This document shows, piece by piece, positions 11,801 to 24,822 of a stretch of DNA of 58,819 nt. A program made the translations under genes and the position numbers. The DNA is from Octopus bimaculoides. Its lineage: Eukaryota. Where the stretch lies: assembly GCF_001194135.2 (NCBI RefSeq), contig NC_069003.1, forward strand, positions 24,033,181 to 24,091,999, given 5' to 3'. Under the pieces are notes generated by a model, which was not told where the DNA came from, made no database searches, and saw only the letters and a list, made by a program, of their open reading frames with translations. The number at the start of each line of letters is the position of its first letter. The stretch's first letter is position 1.

Positions 11801-12504
11801 CTTATATATTTATGTATATGTTTATATTTATGAATACATGGATGGTTGGATGGTTTGTTGGTTGGTGTGCGGGTTAACATAAAACATATGTAGATTTATT
11901 CCCATCAGTATTGTTAGAAAGTAGTTGGTTGTATTTCCTATGAAAAACATGAGAAACCGACTACAAGATATATTGAACGGAACCGAACTAAGTGAAACGC
12001 TGGAACGGTTATTAGAATTAATGAGAGCTAAGAAAATATCGGAAGTCTGTAACAACAGATAATAGTAAAACTAAGAGAGGGAAAGAGAGAAAGAGAGAGA
12101 ATTACACTCATAGCGAGATAGAGCACAGTAAATATGCGCGCTAAGGGAAGACTCTTGAAAACATATGTCTATTAGTTGTCATTATAAATATATACAATGC
12201 ATCATGGCCGTGTAGATACCCTGCTGCCGTAAAGTTTGTTACATGGTGAACGATGTCTGATACATTATATAGAGCGTATAACAGACTTCTGGACGACGGA
12301 TAGGGTCTGTTTACTATATTGGCAGTCAATACAGAGTATTGTTTACACACTGCTCAGGACATTCCCATTACTTATCTGACCAGCAAGACCGGAGAAAAGG
12401 TCAACTAATTCTAAACAGACATAAAAGACAACCCATACACCGAAGCTAATCTATAGATTACAACAAACCAATAAGGGAGCCTGTACATTAGCTATGAATC
12501 TATT

Positions 12505-12600
12505 ATCTTTTACTGTTTATCGTTTATCCTTTACTTGTTTCAGTCACTAGACTGCGGCCAAGCAGGGGCAACGCATTGAAAGGCTTAAGCGAAGAAATTA
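12505..12600 (-). mobile_element. SINE family B, 3' tail fragment
   Basis: ttttacttgtttcagtcactagactgcggccaagcagggg. Confidence 0.65.
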
Positions 12601-12942
12601 ACCTTAGTACTATATTCAAAAATTGTTCAAATAATGTCTAGATTGACTTTCCCAATGAAACTGAATAACAGTTTGAATACTGTTGAACAATAGCATTTAT
12701 TTAAAATCCTTTTTTTTTTTTTTTTTCATATTCTAGAGAATAAGTGTATTCATTGATCAATATCTCATGAAATAACTACATGGTAAACAACATTCCTTGT
12801 CAAAGTTCTTTTTCCATCGTCAAGCCTCTTCGTAGGTGTGGTGACGAATTCTGTTTGGTCTGCGTATAAGCACTGGCTTACAGGGACACCCATTCTATTG
12901 TTAGCAACATAAAATTGTCCCGACGCGCTAACGATTCTGATA

Positions 12943-13087
<145 letters not shown>

Positions 13088-13630
13088 CGGCAACAATATA
13101 TATATNNNNNNNNNNNNNNNNNNNNNNNNNNNNNNNNNNNNNNNNNNNNNNNNNNNNNNNNNNNNNNNNNNNNNNNNNNNNNNNNNNNNNNNTATATATA
13201 TATGATAGCCGACGTTGAGAAACTAAAACAGCTCCTTAGAAGACAAGATCTAGTTAACATAATTCACTGCTGACATCGGTGCTTAACAAACGATTTACGT
13301 CAAAGTGACGTAACATATATTCTTCTCAGCATATCGCCTGCTTTTCACACGATTAATTTACTCTATCGTTGTGTTTTCCGATGTCGTTATTGTCGCAAAC
13401 TGTTTCCATGTAAACAAGACTGCTTTTTTCAACGGCAACCGTTACATAATTTTTCCATTGTTATGCAATTGAATTGAATGCTTTGAAAATTTTTATTGAA
13501 GTATTTTTTATTTTAAAATGAATTTCAAGAATTAAAGACTCTTCTGTTAAGATCGGTCTATGGTGATTGGATATAGAATCTATTTTGGCAACAATATTTT
13601 TTCGGCACTGGAGGCAAACAAACAAACGTG

Positions 13631-13672
<42 letters not shown>

Positions 13673-14721
13673 CGAGCAGAAATATATACACAAAGAGAGA
13701 GAGAGAGAGAGAGGGGTGAGACAGAGTGAGAGTGGGAGACAGAGAGAGAGAGAGGAGGAGAGAGAGCGTGACAGATAGTCAGACAGACAGAAAGAGAAGA
13801 GGGAGGGACAGAAAGAGAGGGAGAGACAAAAAGACAATTTATTAATTGAACACGTTTGATAGAAACACTTTCTCGCTCTTCATATACATTAAGATAAATA
13901 TACTCGCATACATAGAGAAAGAGAGAGAGAAAGCGAGAGAGCGAGGGGGAAAAGAAGGATAAATGGAGAAAAAGAGAGGGAAAAAGAGAGAGTGAAGAGG
14001 GAGAGAAAGAGAGAAACATTAAAACGTTTAATGTCAAATAAGTCAGCGTCGAATCATCGACGCCAAAACAGTGAGGTTAAAACGTTTCCTACCCGATTAG
14101 GATACCGAGAAATAGATCATTCACACTGCAATTACCAGCGCTGTGTTGTATCCCTGACCTGACAGCTCTCAACGGCTCAATATATATTTTAATTATAAAT
14201 TAAGTCCCACAGGGCGCAGTAATTTACCGTTGAAAATATGGTCATTTGGCGAAATTTACGTTTTCTTGACGAGATCTTGAAAAACACTTCTGGTACACAC
14301 GCCCTTCTCTGTACATCCTCTCTGTACATAGCGCATATATTCCCTACAGGTTTCCGCCACTTGCAATTAAAAAAAAAAATTAAACAGTTGAGATGTCGAT
14401 AATGTTTGTTTTGAGACACCTTAACAGGACATAACAATAGGTGTCTTTCGACTTAAGGACGAATTAAATTAAGCTCGCGTGTGTGGAAATATANNNNNNN
14501 NNNNNNNNNNNNNNNNNNNNNNNNNNNNNNNNNNNNNNNNNNNNNNNNNNNNNNNNNNNNNNNNNNNNNNNNNNNNNNNNNNNNNNNNNNNNNNNNNNNN
14601 NNNNNNNNNNNNNNNNNNNNNNNNNNNNNNNNNNNNNNNNNNNNNNNNNNNNNNNNNNNNNNNNNNNNNNNNNNTATATATATATACTATACACACATAT
14701 GTATATTCTATATATATATAT

Positions 14722-14856
14722 ATACATACATACAACGGGCTTCTTTCGGTATTGTCTGCCAAATTTACTCACATGGCTTTGGTCCGCCCTATGCGACAAT
14801 AGAAGACACTAGCTCAAGGTTCAACGCAGTGGGACGCAATCTTCTCACCACACAAC
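14722..14856 (-). mobile_element. SINE family B, 5' half
   Basis: acgggcttctttcggtattgtctgccaaatttactcacatggctttggtccgccc...agaagacact...acgcagtgggac. Confidence 0.8.
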
Positions 14857-16940
14857 TACAGCTATAAAGGGGAGAAAATATCAATTCTATTTAATTTTTT
14901 GTATGCTGTCTTTTTTTCTTTTTTGGTAGATAATTAACATCATTACAGGAATGACCATGACATTTAATTAAGCAGTCAAAGGCTTAATTCAACTGTATAT
15001 TCATTGAATTTACCAAACTTCGCCATAACTAGTTTCTTCGGCTCTTGGCTTTTTCTGAATTATATATGATTAACTTTTGTAGGAGAGAATGAAAGCCACT
15101 GATTCGTGTACATAGTTTTTTGTGGTATATGACCATTATTCATGAGTGCATATCATATTGTGTCTAAGTGTATGTATGCATATGTATGCATATATTTATG
15201 TACATATGTGTATTCAAGCGTGTATATAACTAAGCATAGTATGAGGTAACTTGTCAGGGTATAGATACATTTGTACATATGAGTACTTGTATCGACCCAT
15301 ACAAACACATATACGCGCAGATATGCATATACATACATACATACATACATACATACATACATACATACACATATNNNNNNNNNNNNNNNNNNNNNNNNNN
15401 NNNNNNNNNNNNNNNNNNNNNNNNNNNNNNNNNNNNNNNNNNNNNNNNNNNNNNNNNNNNNNNNNNNNNNNNNNNNNNNNNNNNNNNNNNNNNNNNNNNN
15501 NNNNNNNNNNNNNNNNNNNNNNNNNNNNNNNNNNNNNNNNNNNNNNNNNNNNNNNNNNNNNNNNNNNNNNNNNNNNNNNNNNNNNNNNNNNNNNNNNNNN
15601 NNNNNNNNNNNNNNNNNNNNNNNNNNNNNNNNNNNNNNNNNNNNNNNNNNNNNNNNNNNNNNNNNNNNNNNNNNNNNNNNNNNNNNNNNNNNNNNNNNNN
15701 NNNNNNNNNNNNNNNNNNNNNNNNNNNNNNNNNNNNNNNNNNNNNNNNNNNNNNNNNNNNNNNNNNNNNNNNNNNNNNNNNNNNNNNNNNNNNNNNNNNN
15801 NNNNNNNNNNNNNNNNNNNNNNNNNNNNNNNNNNNNNNNNNNNNNNNNNNNNNNNNNNNNNNNNNNNNNNNNNNNNNNNNNNNNNNNNNNNNNNNNNNNN
15901 NNNNNNNNNNNNNNNNNNNNNNNNNNNNNNNNNNNNNNNNNNNNNNNNNNNNNNNNNNNNNNNNNNNNNNNNNNNNNNNNNNNNNNNNNNNNNNNNNNNN
16001 NNNNNNNNNNNNNNNNNNNNNNNNNNNNNNNNNNNNNNNNNNNNNNNNNNNNNNNNNNNNNNNNNNNNNNNNNNNNNNNNNNNNNNNNNNNNNNNNNNNN
16101 NNNNNNNNNNNNNNNNNNNNNNNNNNNNNNNNNNNNNNNNNNNNNNNNNNNNNNNNNNNNNNNNNNNNNNNNNNNNNNNNNNNNNNNNNNNNNNNNNNNN
16201 NNNNNNNNNNNNNNNNNNNNNNNNNNNNNNNNNNNNNNNNNNNNNNNNNNNNNNNNNNNNNNNNNNNNNNNNNNNNNNNNNNNNNNNNNNNNNNNNNNNA
16301 TATATATATGTATGTATGTATGTATATATATAGTCACATATGTACTTATATACGCATGTATACACATACAAAGACACGTACGAGTACATACATATACTCA
16401 TATACAAACAGACACATATACAAGCATACATATACACACATATTTCCACTTATGCACCTACGCACATACATAAAAACTAAACACACCAGAGCAGATAAAT
16501 TTTCGCGTGCATGTAAACGTTTGTATACACACACTGTTAAAAGATATAATGGCGTACATATGCGTAGATTCACTAATAGACCAACTTAAATTTATATGCA
16601 CACAAGCACGCATACGTACATACAGACACAATACATACACGCACAGAAACGAATAGAGCACGTATATATGTATATATATACACACACAGAAATACCTACG
16701 TGTATATATAATTGACAGGAAAGATAAATTTACAGAAAAAACATTGACACATAAGTGTCTTCTAGAACGACTTGTCAGTCCGATCTATGCATTATTGAAT
16801 AAAATCTATAACTATAAGTTATAGATGATATTCATGATATACATACACACACACAAACAAGCACACAAACACATACACACATATGTATATATATTCTATA
16901 TATATATGTACATATGCTATATATATATTATACATATATG

Positions 16941-16976
<36 letters not shown>

Positions 16977-17974
16977 NNNNNNNNNNNNNNNNNNNNNNNN
17001 NNNNNNNNNNNNNNNNNNNNNNNNNNNNNNNNNNNNNNNNNNNNNNNNNNNNNNNNNNNNNNNNNNNNNNNNNNNNNNNNNNNNNNNNNNNNNNNNNNNN
17101 NNNNNNNNNNNNNNNNNNNNNNNNNNNNNNNNNNNNNNNNNNNNNNNNNNNNNNNNNNNNNNNNNNNNNNNNNNNNNNNNNNNNNNNNNNNNNNNNNNNN
17201 NNNNNNNNNNNNNNNNNNNNNNNNNNNNNNNNNNNNNNNNNNNNNNNNNNNNNNNNNNNNNNNNNNNNNNNNNNNNNNNNNNNNNNNNNNNNNNNNNNNN
17301 NNNNNNNNNNNNNNNNNNNNNNNNNNNNNNNNNNNNNNNNNNNNNNNNNNNNNNNNNNNNNNNNNNNNNNNNNNNNNNNNNNNNNNNNNNNNNNNNNNNN
17401 NNNNNNNNNNNNNNNNNNNNNNNNNNNNNNNNNNNNNNNNNNNNNNNNNNNNNNNNNNNNNNNNNNNNNNNNNNNNNNNNNNNNNNNNNNNNNNNNNNNN
17501 NNNNNNNNNNNNNNNNNNNNNNNNNNNNNNNNNNNNNNNNNNNNNNNNNNNNNNNNNNNNNNNNNNNNNNNNNNNNNNNNNNNNNNNNNNNNNNNNNNNN
17601 NNNNNNNNNNNNNNNNNNNNNNNNNNNNNNNNNNNNNNNNNNNNNNNNNNNNNNNNNNNNNNNNNNNNNNNNNNNNNNNNNNNNNNNNNNNNNNNNNNNN
17701 NNNNNNNNNNNNNNNNNNNNNNNNNNNNNNNNNNNNNNNNNNNNNNNNNNNNNNNNNNNNNNNNNNNNNNNNNNNNNNNNNNNNNNNNNNNNNNNNNNNN
17801 NNNNNNNNNNNNNNNNNNNNNNNNNNNNNNNNNNNNNNNNNNNNNNNNNNNNNNNNNNNNNNNNNNNNNNNNNNNNNNNNNNNNNNNNNNNNNNNNNNNN
17901 NNNNNNNNNNNNNNNNNNNNNNNNNNNNNNNNNNNNNNNNNNNNNNNNNNNNNNNNNNNNNNNNNNNNNNNNNT

Positions 17975-18360
17975 CTTTTCTTTTCCACCCTAGGCACAAT
18001 TTTGGGGGAGGGAGCCAGTCAATTAGATCGATCCCAGTACACAACTGGTACTTAATTTATCGACCCCGAAAGGATGAAAGGCAAAGTCGACCTCGGTGGA
18101 ATATAATTATTTCTACTCTACGCACAAGAGCTTGAAAATCTTTGTGGGGGGGGGGAAGGGGACAAGTCGATTACATCAACCCCAGTGCGTAGCTGGTACT
18201 TATTTCATCGACCCTGAAAGGATGAAAAGCAAAGTCGGTCTCGGCGGAATTTGAACTCAGAACGTAGCAATGGAAAATATTCTTTTCTACTCTAGGCAAA
18301 AGGCCCGAAATTTTGGAGAGGAAGCCAGTCGATTAAATCGACTCCAGGACGCAACTGGTA
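17975..18360 (-). mobile_element. Three tandem truncated SINE family A copies
   Basis: The block tctactctaggc...gtcgatt...ccag...actggtac recurs at about 17975, 18105 and 18275. Confidence 0.8.
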
Positions 18361-18377
18361 TATATCAGAGAGAGACG

Positions 18378-18560
18378 ATAAAATTGTCCCGGCAGCTGGG
18401 GTAGCAAGAACGCCTTATGCAGTTCCCACTTTATTGGCTATTGTCAATGACGTGCACGCGGCCATACGTATGCTTGGGCGAGATTTGTCGCCTCCAATAT
18501 GGGAAGCTGTGAATAATATATTCACTGTCATTGCGAACAGCCGCCACGCTGAATAAATAA
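18378..18560 (+). repeat. Old interspersed repeat, homologous to 23700-23950
   Basis: Shared blocks gtcccgg..tagcaag, ttgtcaatg.cgtg and gcgagatttgtc(g/a)cctcc. Confidence 0.65.
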
Positions 18561-19107
18561 CTCGGTGTACGCAATTCAAAGAGTATAAAATTAAAATAGC
18601 TATCTATGTATCATACTTAATTCATATACACCGCCGATGGGCAAGTCACTCGTATTTTAGTCACAGCACGCCTATAAGAGATTTTCACTTTCGGGCGTAG
18701 TGATGTCTCTCACATATCGGCCAATATGCAAGTTTTGTGAGTTTAGTAGTGCTGCTTGCTGAAGTCTTTTCTGGATTCGTTATAAACCTTTTGTTATCAC
18801 TTAATCCTTGATACTAAAACATGCCACAACGAGACAAATTTTGGTTAAGTTTATGAGTCGCTTTGGAAGAACGTAATAAGATTATAGGCTTTTAAAATAC
18901 TATACTGCTACAGTATGTGTATCTCGGAGATTTCTCATTATTTCGTCGTTCCATTCCTTCTCCCTTTCTTCTATGCCAAAATTTAGAAACAACACAGTTT
19001 GGCCAGCTGGAGCCATCAGCTTCAGCACTCTGGTGTTTCTGGCATCCCGTCGCCATTAAGTAATAAATACTCAGTAAATTTATCGAGAAGCAATATCAAA
19101 GACAGTG

Positions 19108-19235
19108 ATTTGGCAGAATTGTTAGCACGTCGGACAAAATTATTGGCGGTATTTCATTCAACTTTCTGCGTTCTGAGTTCGTATCCCACCGAGGTCCCAT
19201 TCCCTGACCGACTTTCCTTTCGGGGCAATATTGTA
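19108..19235 (+). mobile_element. SINE family A, diverged
   Basis: ggcagaattgttagcacgtcggacaaaa...gttctgagttcgtatcccaccgaggtc. Confidence 0.7.
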
Positions 19236-19844
19236 ATCTTGGACACTTATAAGCCATGGAAACCGAGTAACGGCCTCTTGACTACCTAAAAGAAACGCAA
19301 TGTTGTGATATTCATGCCTTTCCTATTAAGCTTATGGTGGATTGGAGGGTTTTGGCGTCATTGGATTTCTCTTGCTTCCATCCACTTCCCTTTACCATAT
19401 TAATCGAAATCCGAGATCTAATGGAAACAAAGTGATCAAGCGATACCAACGAAAATATCGATCTGTTTGTCTATAAAGACGAAATATCAATACTTGTGAT
19501 TATATCTACATGAGGCTTCCATAGAAGTTTCGCGATACTTTTTTTCTTTTAAACCAAGTTCAAAATTATTCCTGTTTATGGCAATCGATGGTAGATAATA
19601 GCTAACTGTAGCCATGTCAAATCTCGTGCATTCATTCTGGTTGCTCTTGGAAACTACTGCTAACTAGGATTTTTTTTAATATCTACCAGAAAATTAATGT
19701 TTCTACGATTCGTACCCCTTTACTCGTTTTCTTACTGTGCCCTGATAAAACATTCATTTAGTAACTGATTTTATGAGCCCAAAACGGATAGAGGGCAAAG
19801 TCGACTGCGATGGTATTTGAAACTAAGACGTTAACTAAGTGCAG

Positions 19845-20378
19845 GCGTGGCTTTGTGTAAGAAGTCTGCTTCCCAACCACATCGTTCCAGGTTCAGTTCC
19901 ACTGCATGTGTATTTATGTATGTATATGTTATGAAGAAATAGCTAACATCCATGCAGTGTATATATATATGTATACACAGACGTGGCTGTGTGGTAAGAA
20001 CTTAACCACATGGTTCCAGGTTCAGTCCCACCGCATGGTACCTTGGGCCAGTGTCTTTTACTGTAGCCTCGGGCCGACCAAAGCCTTGTGAGTGGATTTG
20101 GTAGACGGAAACTGAATGAAGTCCGTCTTATATTTATGTGTGTGTTGTGTGTGTGTGTATGTGTGTGTTATCTGTGTTTGTTCCCCCGCCATTGCTTGAC
20201 AACAGATGCTGGTGTGTTTATGTCCCTATAACTTAGCGGTTCGGCATAAGGGACCGATAGAATAAGTACTACGCTTACAAAGAATAAGTCCTGGGGTCGA
20301 TTTGTTTGACTACAATCCGTTAGGGTGGTACTCCAGCATGGCCGCAATCGAATAAATGAAACAAGTAAAAGAACAAAA
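19845..20378 (+). mobile_element. SINE family B: partial head (19845-19905) plus a full copy (19978-20378) with an internal (GT)n tract
   Basis: A-box tggctgtgtgg and B-box ggttcagtccc; central (TG)n; 3' part ending ccagcatggccgcaatcg...aagtaaaaga. Confidence 0.9.
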
Positions 20379-21465
20379 TAACACACACACGCACATACAC
20401 ATACACACAGTGTTGTTGTTGGTGGTGGTGGTTATTTCTGGAATACGTGTTATCAGTATGGCATATACATTGTCATGTAGGAATCACCAGACGGATGTGA
20501 AACGGATGCAGCTTTGTTAAGTACAAAATCGTATTCGATTCTTGACAGAAATTCTTTGTTCTTAAAGAAATCTGATGATTTCTATAAACAAGGAAGGAAG
20601 CTTGCTGTACGACTGAAACATGGGACAACCAGTTAATGTTCAGCTGTTATGAATTAAATGTTACACTAAGCCAAAAGTATTGAATGCACTCATTTTGTGC
20701 TTCGTAATATTTGCAGCCTGCCACACACTCACAAACAGATAGATAGAGAAATAAATAGACAGACAGACAGATAGGTAGATAGATACAAACATACATGCAC
20801 CCCTGGATGCTCGCATAAATACATACACACATGCGTGCATCCATCCATTCTCCAGCCATCCAACCAACCAACCAACCAATGATCCCTCCTTCCCTCCATT
20901 GTTCCATACATACATACACACATACATCATACATACATACATAAATACTTACATACATGCATACATACATACACACTCTTGTACATGTAATCATATTCAT
21001 AGTCGTCTTATAAGTCTCCTTAAATAAATCCCATTAATCTATCATAAATAGTAAGACTATTGTTTTTTTATAATTTTTATTTTTCGGTCCGCCATATTCT
21101 ACGAACTAATCGTTAGAGTCAAGTGTGTTTTACGATATCAACACGTCTTTATCGGTTGCTCATACAAAGCAAAAAAAGAGCAAATATGAAGCCAAAAAAC
21201 AACGAAGAAAAATCAATAAATAAGCAAAAAAGATTATCTAATTATCATAATATCCAAACAGCTTCAGTAGTCTTTCGCTTTAATTTGTTTTTTTGTTTGT
21301 TTGTTTTTTTTTCATTGATATTCAATTTTGTAATTCTTTTTTACCATCGTTTTATTACAGACAGATTTTTTTTGTTTGTTTTTTTATAATCCTTGCAGGC
21401 TTCAAGATGGCATCAGCGTTCGTCAATGTTATCTTCTGCATACGTAATGTCAGCCATTTCCATGA

Positions 21466-21467
21466 CG

Positions 21468-21533
<66 letters not shown>

Positions 21534-21640
21534 TGATGATAATAATGATAATAATATTAATAATAATGTTTTTTTTTATTAGCCACACGGGCATAAAACG
21601 TTGCAGGTAGTGCAATAAATTCACGCATAAATAGATACAA

Positions 21641-21710
<70 letters not shown>
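21466..21710 (+). repeat. Two (ATA)n tracts
   Basis: Read directly from the sequence. Confidence 0.95.
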
Positions 21711-22029
21711 TTCTTTTTGATTGCTTTTTTTTTCTTTACAAAATAACAATAAGTTATAAGTTATGTTAAAAGTATAAAACGTAATAAATTCTATTATACT
21801 AGTTTGCAAAGAAAGTCCTGTCGCATTTCTAGACGGAGAAATAAAGAATCGAATACTTCGTTGGTCTTAACTGATATATTTAATCAAGATAATATTTCCT
21901 TTCGTTATTGGTATCATGATCCCATCTATTTGGCAAATTTGTGGTCCTTCGGGCGGGGGTAAAATTTTTCAGGTTTTAGAATAAAAGATGCACTCAATAT
22001 CATATTTCACCTCTTCAGAATTGATAAAC

Positions 22030-22500
22030 TGCTTTTATTCTTTCCCTCGAAATAATGTTTCAATGATCTGAAAAGAAGATAACCAGATGGTGCAAAGTCC
22101 AGAAAATAAGAGGAATGAGAGAAAACTTTCGTATTTAGTACCATAGTCTTTTTTTTCTCTCTTTTTAGCGATTTGGACAATATGTGGTGTTGCAATATCA
22201 TGGAAGAGCTACGTTCCTTTACGATTGACCAATGATGTGCACTTTTACTGCAAATTTTCGTGCAATGCTTCCGACTAACAACATTACTTCTCCGTATTAA
22301 CCGTTTCGTTTTGGTTTAATACTTCATATCTCATCAGACACAGCGCAGAACTTTTCTGGAGTGTAGTCTTGGTTCATGGATGGATTTCCTCGCTTCACTG
22401 AGTCTTAGCCATTGTCGTTTTCATTCAATATGATGATAGAGAACCCACTTTCTATCATCTGTGACGATTCTACCCAGGAAACGTTCAATACTAATTCTAC
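22030..22500 (-). mobile_element. Decayed mariner transposase catalytic domain
   Basis: Minus strand gives RFLGRIVTDDRKWVLY (cf. FLDRIVTGDEKW) and HSSYFLDFAPSGYLLFRSLKHYFEGK (cf. HPPYSPDLAPSDYHLFRSL). Confidence 0.82.
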
Positions 22501-22548
22501 TTTCCAGTGAACCTATATATATATATATATACATGTATATAAACATAG

Positions 22549-22579
<31 letters not shown>

Positions 22580-22764
22580 CATATATTATATCTAGTTTCA
22601 GTTCACAGGCTGAAGAGAAGAGAGAAGGAGGCTAGAAGTGAAGAGAAGAAAAGAAGTAGGAGTCGGAGCAAGAGAGGAGAGGTGGGTGGGAGGAAGTAGG
22701 TGTGAGAGAAAGTAGGTGTGAGAGGAAGAGAGGAGAGTGGAGGAACACATACACGCGCGCACAC

Positions 22765-22922
22765 ACGCACAACGGGCAACTGTCGGTTTCCGTCTACTAA
22801 ATCCTCTCACAGAGCTTTGGTGTCATCCCGAAGCTATAGTAGAAGATACTTGCCCAAGTCCCTACGGAGTAGGACTGAACCCGAAACCATTTGATTGGGA
22901 AACGAGCCGCTTACCACATAGC

Positions 22923-22925
<3 letters not shown>
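22765..22925 (-). mobile_element. SINE family B, 5' half
   Basis: gtttccgtctactaaatcctctcacagagctttgg...agaagatacttgcccaag...ggactgaacccg. Confidence 0.82.
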
Positions 22926-22961
<36 letters not shown>

Positions 22962-23699
22962 NNNNNNNNNNNNNNNNNNNNNNNNNNNNNNNNNNNNNNN
23001 NNNNNNNNNNNNNNNNNNNNNNNNNNNNNNNNNNNNNNNNNNNNNNNNNNNNNNNNNNNNNNNNNNNNNNNNNNNNNNNNNNNNNNNNTATATATATATA
23101 TATATATATATATGAATGTGGGTGTATACAAAGCTTGCGTGTACGGAGCCGTATACTTATGTGTGGTTTTATCTGTTATATTATTTCTAAATCATTATTT
23201 GTTCCTCTTTGTTTTCCCCACAGTTGAAATTACATCAAGTCAGTAAAAAAAACTCAATTTCAATAGACATGCACCATGAAAAGATAGTTCAAAAATACTT
23301 TATGTGTGTAATAGCAAATAACGTGTACATGTATTCAAAACTATAATGGAAAACAGAGAACGAGAAAAAAAAGAGAAGGAAGAGAAAGAAGAAGTGAGAA
23401 GAAATGTTACGATTGAAGCAGATTTATTGGCAAACAACAGGACTGGATCAAAAACTTAAAAATATTAGTCTATAGGAAAAAGATGAAACAATAACTGTAC
23501 AGTAGAAGGTGACCTCGATGACCAAATGTTCAATATATATATACTCGTTGTGTGCAATAGAAGTAGTATTAGATTAAAATAGTCATCTGTACAATGTGAG
23601 TACATCGTTAAAAGGCAGTTTACTGCGGTATTCGCCCAGACAGAATATCTCTTATGAAACTGCTGTGTTTAAAAATATAATATATATTAGAGGGAGGAA

Positions 23700-23950
23700 A
23701 AAAAATCGTCCCGGAAGTGGCTAGCAAGGATGCCAGAAGTTTTTCAACGCGGCTGGGTTTTTGTCAATGGCGTGTACGCACGGCTTAGCATATGCCTATG
23801 CGAGATTTGTCACCTCCGATGTATGAAAAACAATGAATAGAACATTGCATATAATGTATATAATCGTTATACAGCTGGGCTGCTATTCACAATACTAGCG
23901 AATAGTTTATTCAATGTTATCTCTCCTGCGGAGGCGACAAATCTCTTCTA
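23700..23950 (+). repeat. Old interspersed repeat with a 17-bp internal inverted repeat (23802-23818 / 23929-23945)
   Basis: gagatttgtcacctccg and cggaggcgacaaatctc are 16/17 complementary; homologous to 18378-18560. Confidence 0.7.
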
Positions 23951-23986
23951 TGCATGTGACTGGCTGTAAGTACACTCCATGTATGT

Positions 23987-24118
<132 letters not shown>

Positions 24119-24544
24119 CCTAGAATCTAATTTATGTTATAACAAGTTCAGGTTGTGGACATAACTACATAGGACAAACAAGCAATTACATTTAGACGGA
24201 GACCCACACTACATAAGGAACAGATCTGTTTCCCAAAGTACAGACAGATTCCTTTGAGTAAACATATAGAGAGATGTGCGGGTAATATCCAACCAAACTT
24301 CACAGTTTTCCTCATCTACCAGTGCAAAGAAACAATTTCTGTACAAGAACGTTTAAATAAAGAAAATTTATTTATCGAAAAATACAGAACACACCTAAAC
24401 ATGAACGCATATCCAACTTTGATCTCAGTATATATTTTAATTCGTGGTCATATACCTATCACCGTACAAATTTATCTCACTAACTTAGCTTTTGAGGTTT
24501 CATATATTTATTTATCCCACCCACCCACAAAAAGGAGCTCATTT

Positions 24545-24680
24545 TTGTCAGCTGAGAGAACTGAAACAACGTGAAATGAAGTATTTTACTCAAGAACACA
24601 ACACGTCGACCTGTCTAGGAATCGAAACCACAATCTTACGATCATGAGTTCAACACCCTAACCATTAAGCCACGTGCTTC
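24545..24680 (-). mobile_element. SINE family C with intact-looking tRNA head
   Basis: Minus strand gaagcacgtggcttaatggttagggtgttgaactcatgatcgtaagattgtggtttcgattcc (A-box and B-box), then the core ttcttgagtaaaatacttcatttcacg. Confidence 0.8.
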
Positions 24681-24767
24681 TACTCTAAAGTTGGAATGAC
24701 ACAGAGAAAATTCGCATGGCCCCTGCACAGGATGACACGCAAATTCGTGCAGCGTTCCCTATTTTTT
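24681..24767 (+). pseudogene. U6: U6 snRNA pseudogene lacking about the first 20 nt
   Basis: ctaaagttggaatgacacagagaaaattcgcatggcccctgcacaggatgacacgcaaattcgtgcagcgttccctatttttt aligns to metazoan U6 with about 11 differences in 86 nt. The ACAGAGA box is intact (24701-24707), the AGC triad reads CGC, and the upstream sequence is a SINE rather than a U6 promoter. Confidence 0.93.
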
Positions 24768-24768
24768 C

Positions 24769-24822
24769 AAGGCGGTGATCCAGCATGACCGCAGTCAAAT
24801 GACTGTAACAAGTAAAAGAATA
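24769..24822 (+). mobile_element. SINE family B extreme 3' tail fused to U6
   Basis: aaggcggtgatccagcatgaccgcagtcaaatgactgtaacaagtaaaaga matches the family B 3' end (cf. 5373-5430 and 20325-20372). Confidence 0.88.

Noticed and set aside
24681-24767. Functional U6 gene
   Set aside because: The 5' stem-loop is missing, the AGC triad is mutated, and no upstream U6 promoter context is present.
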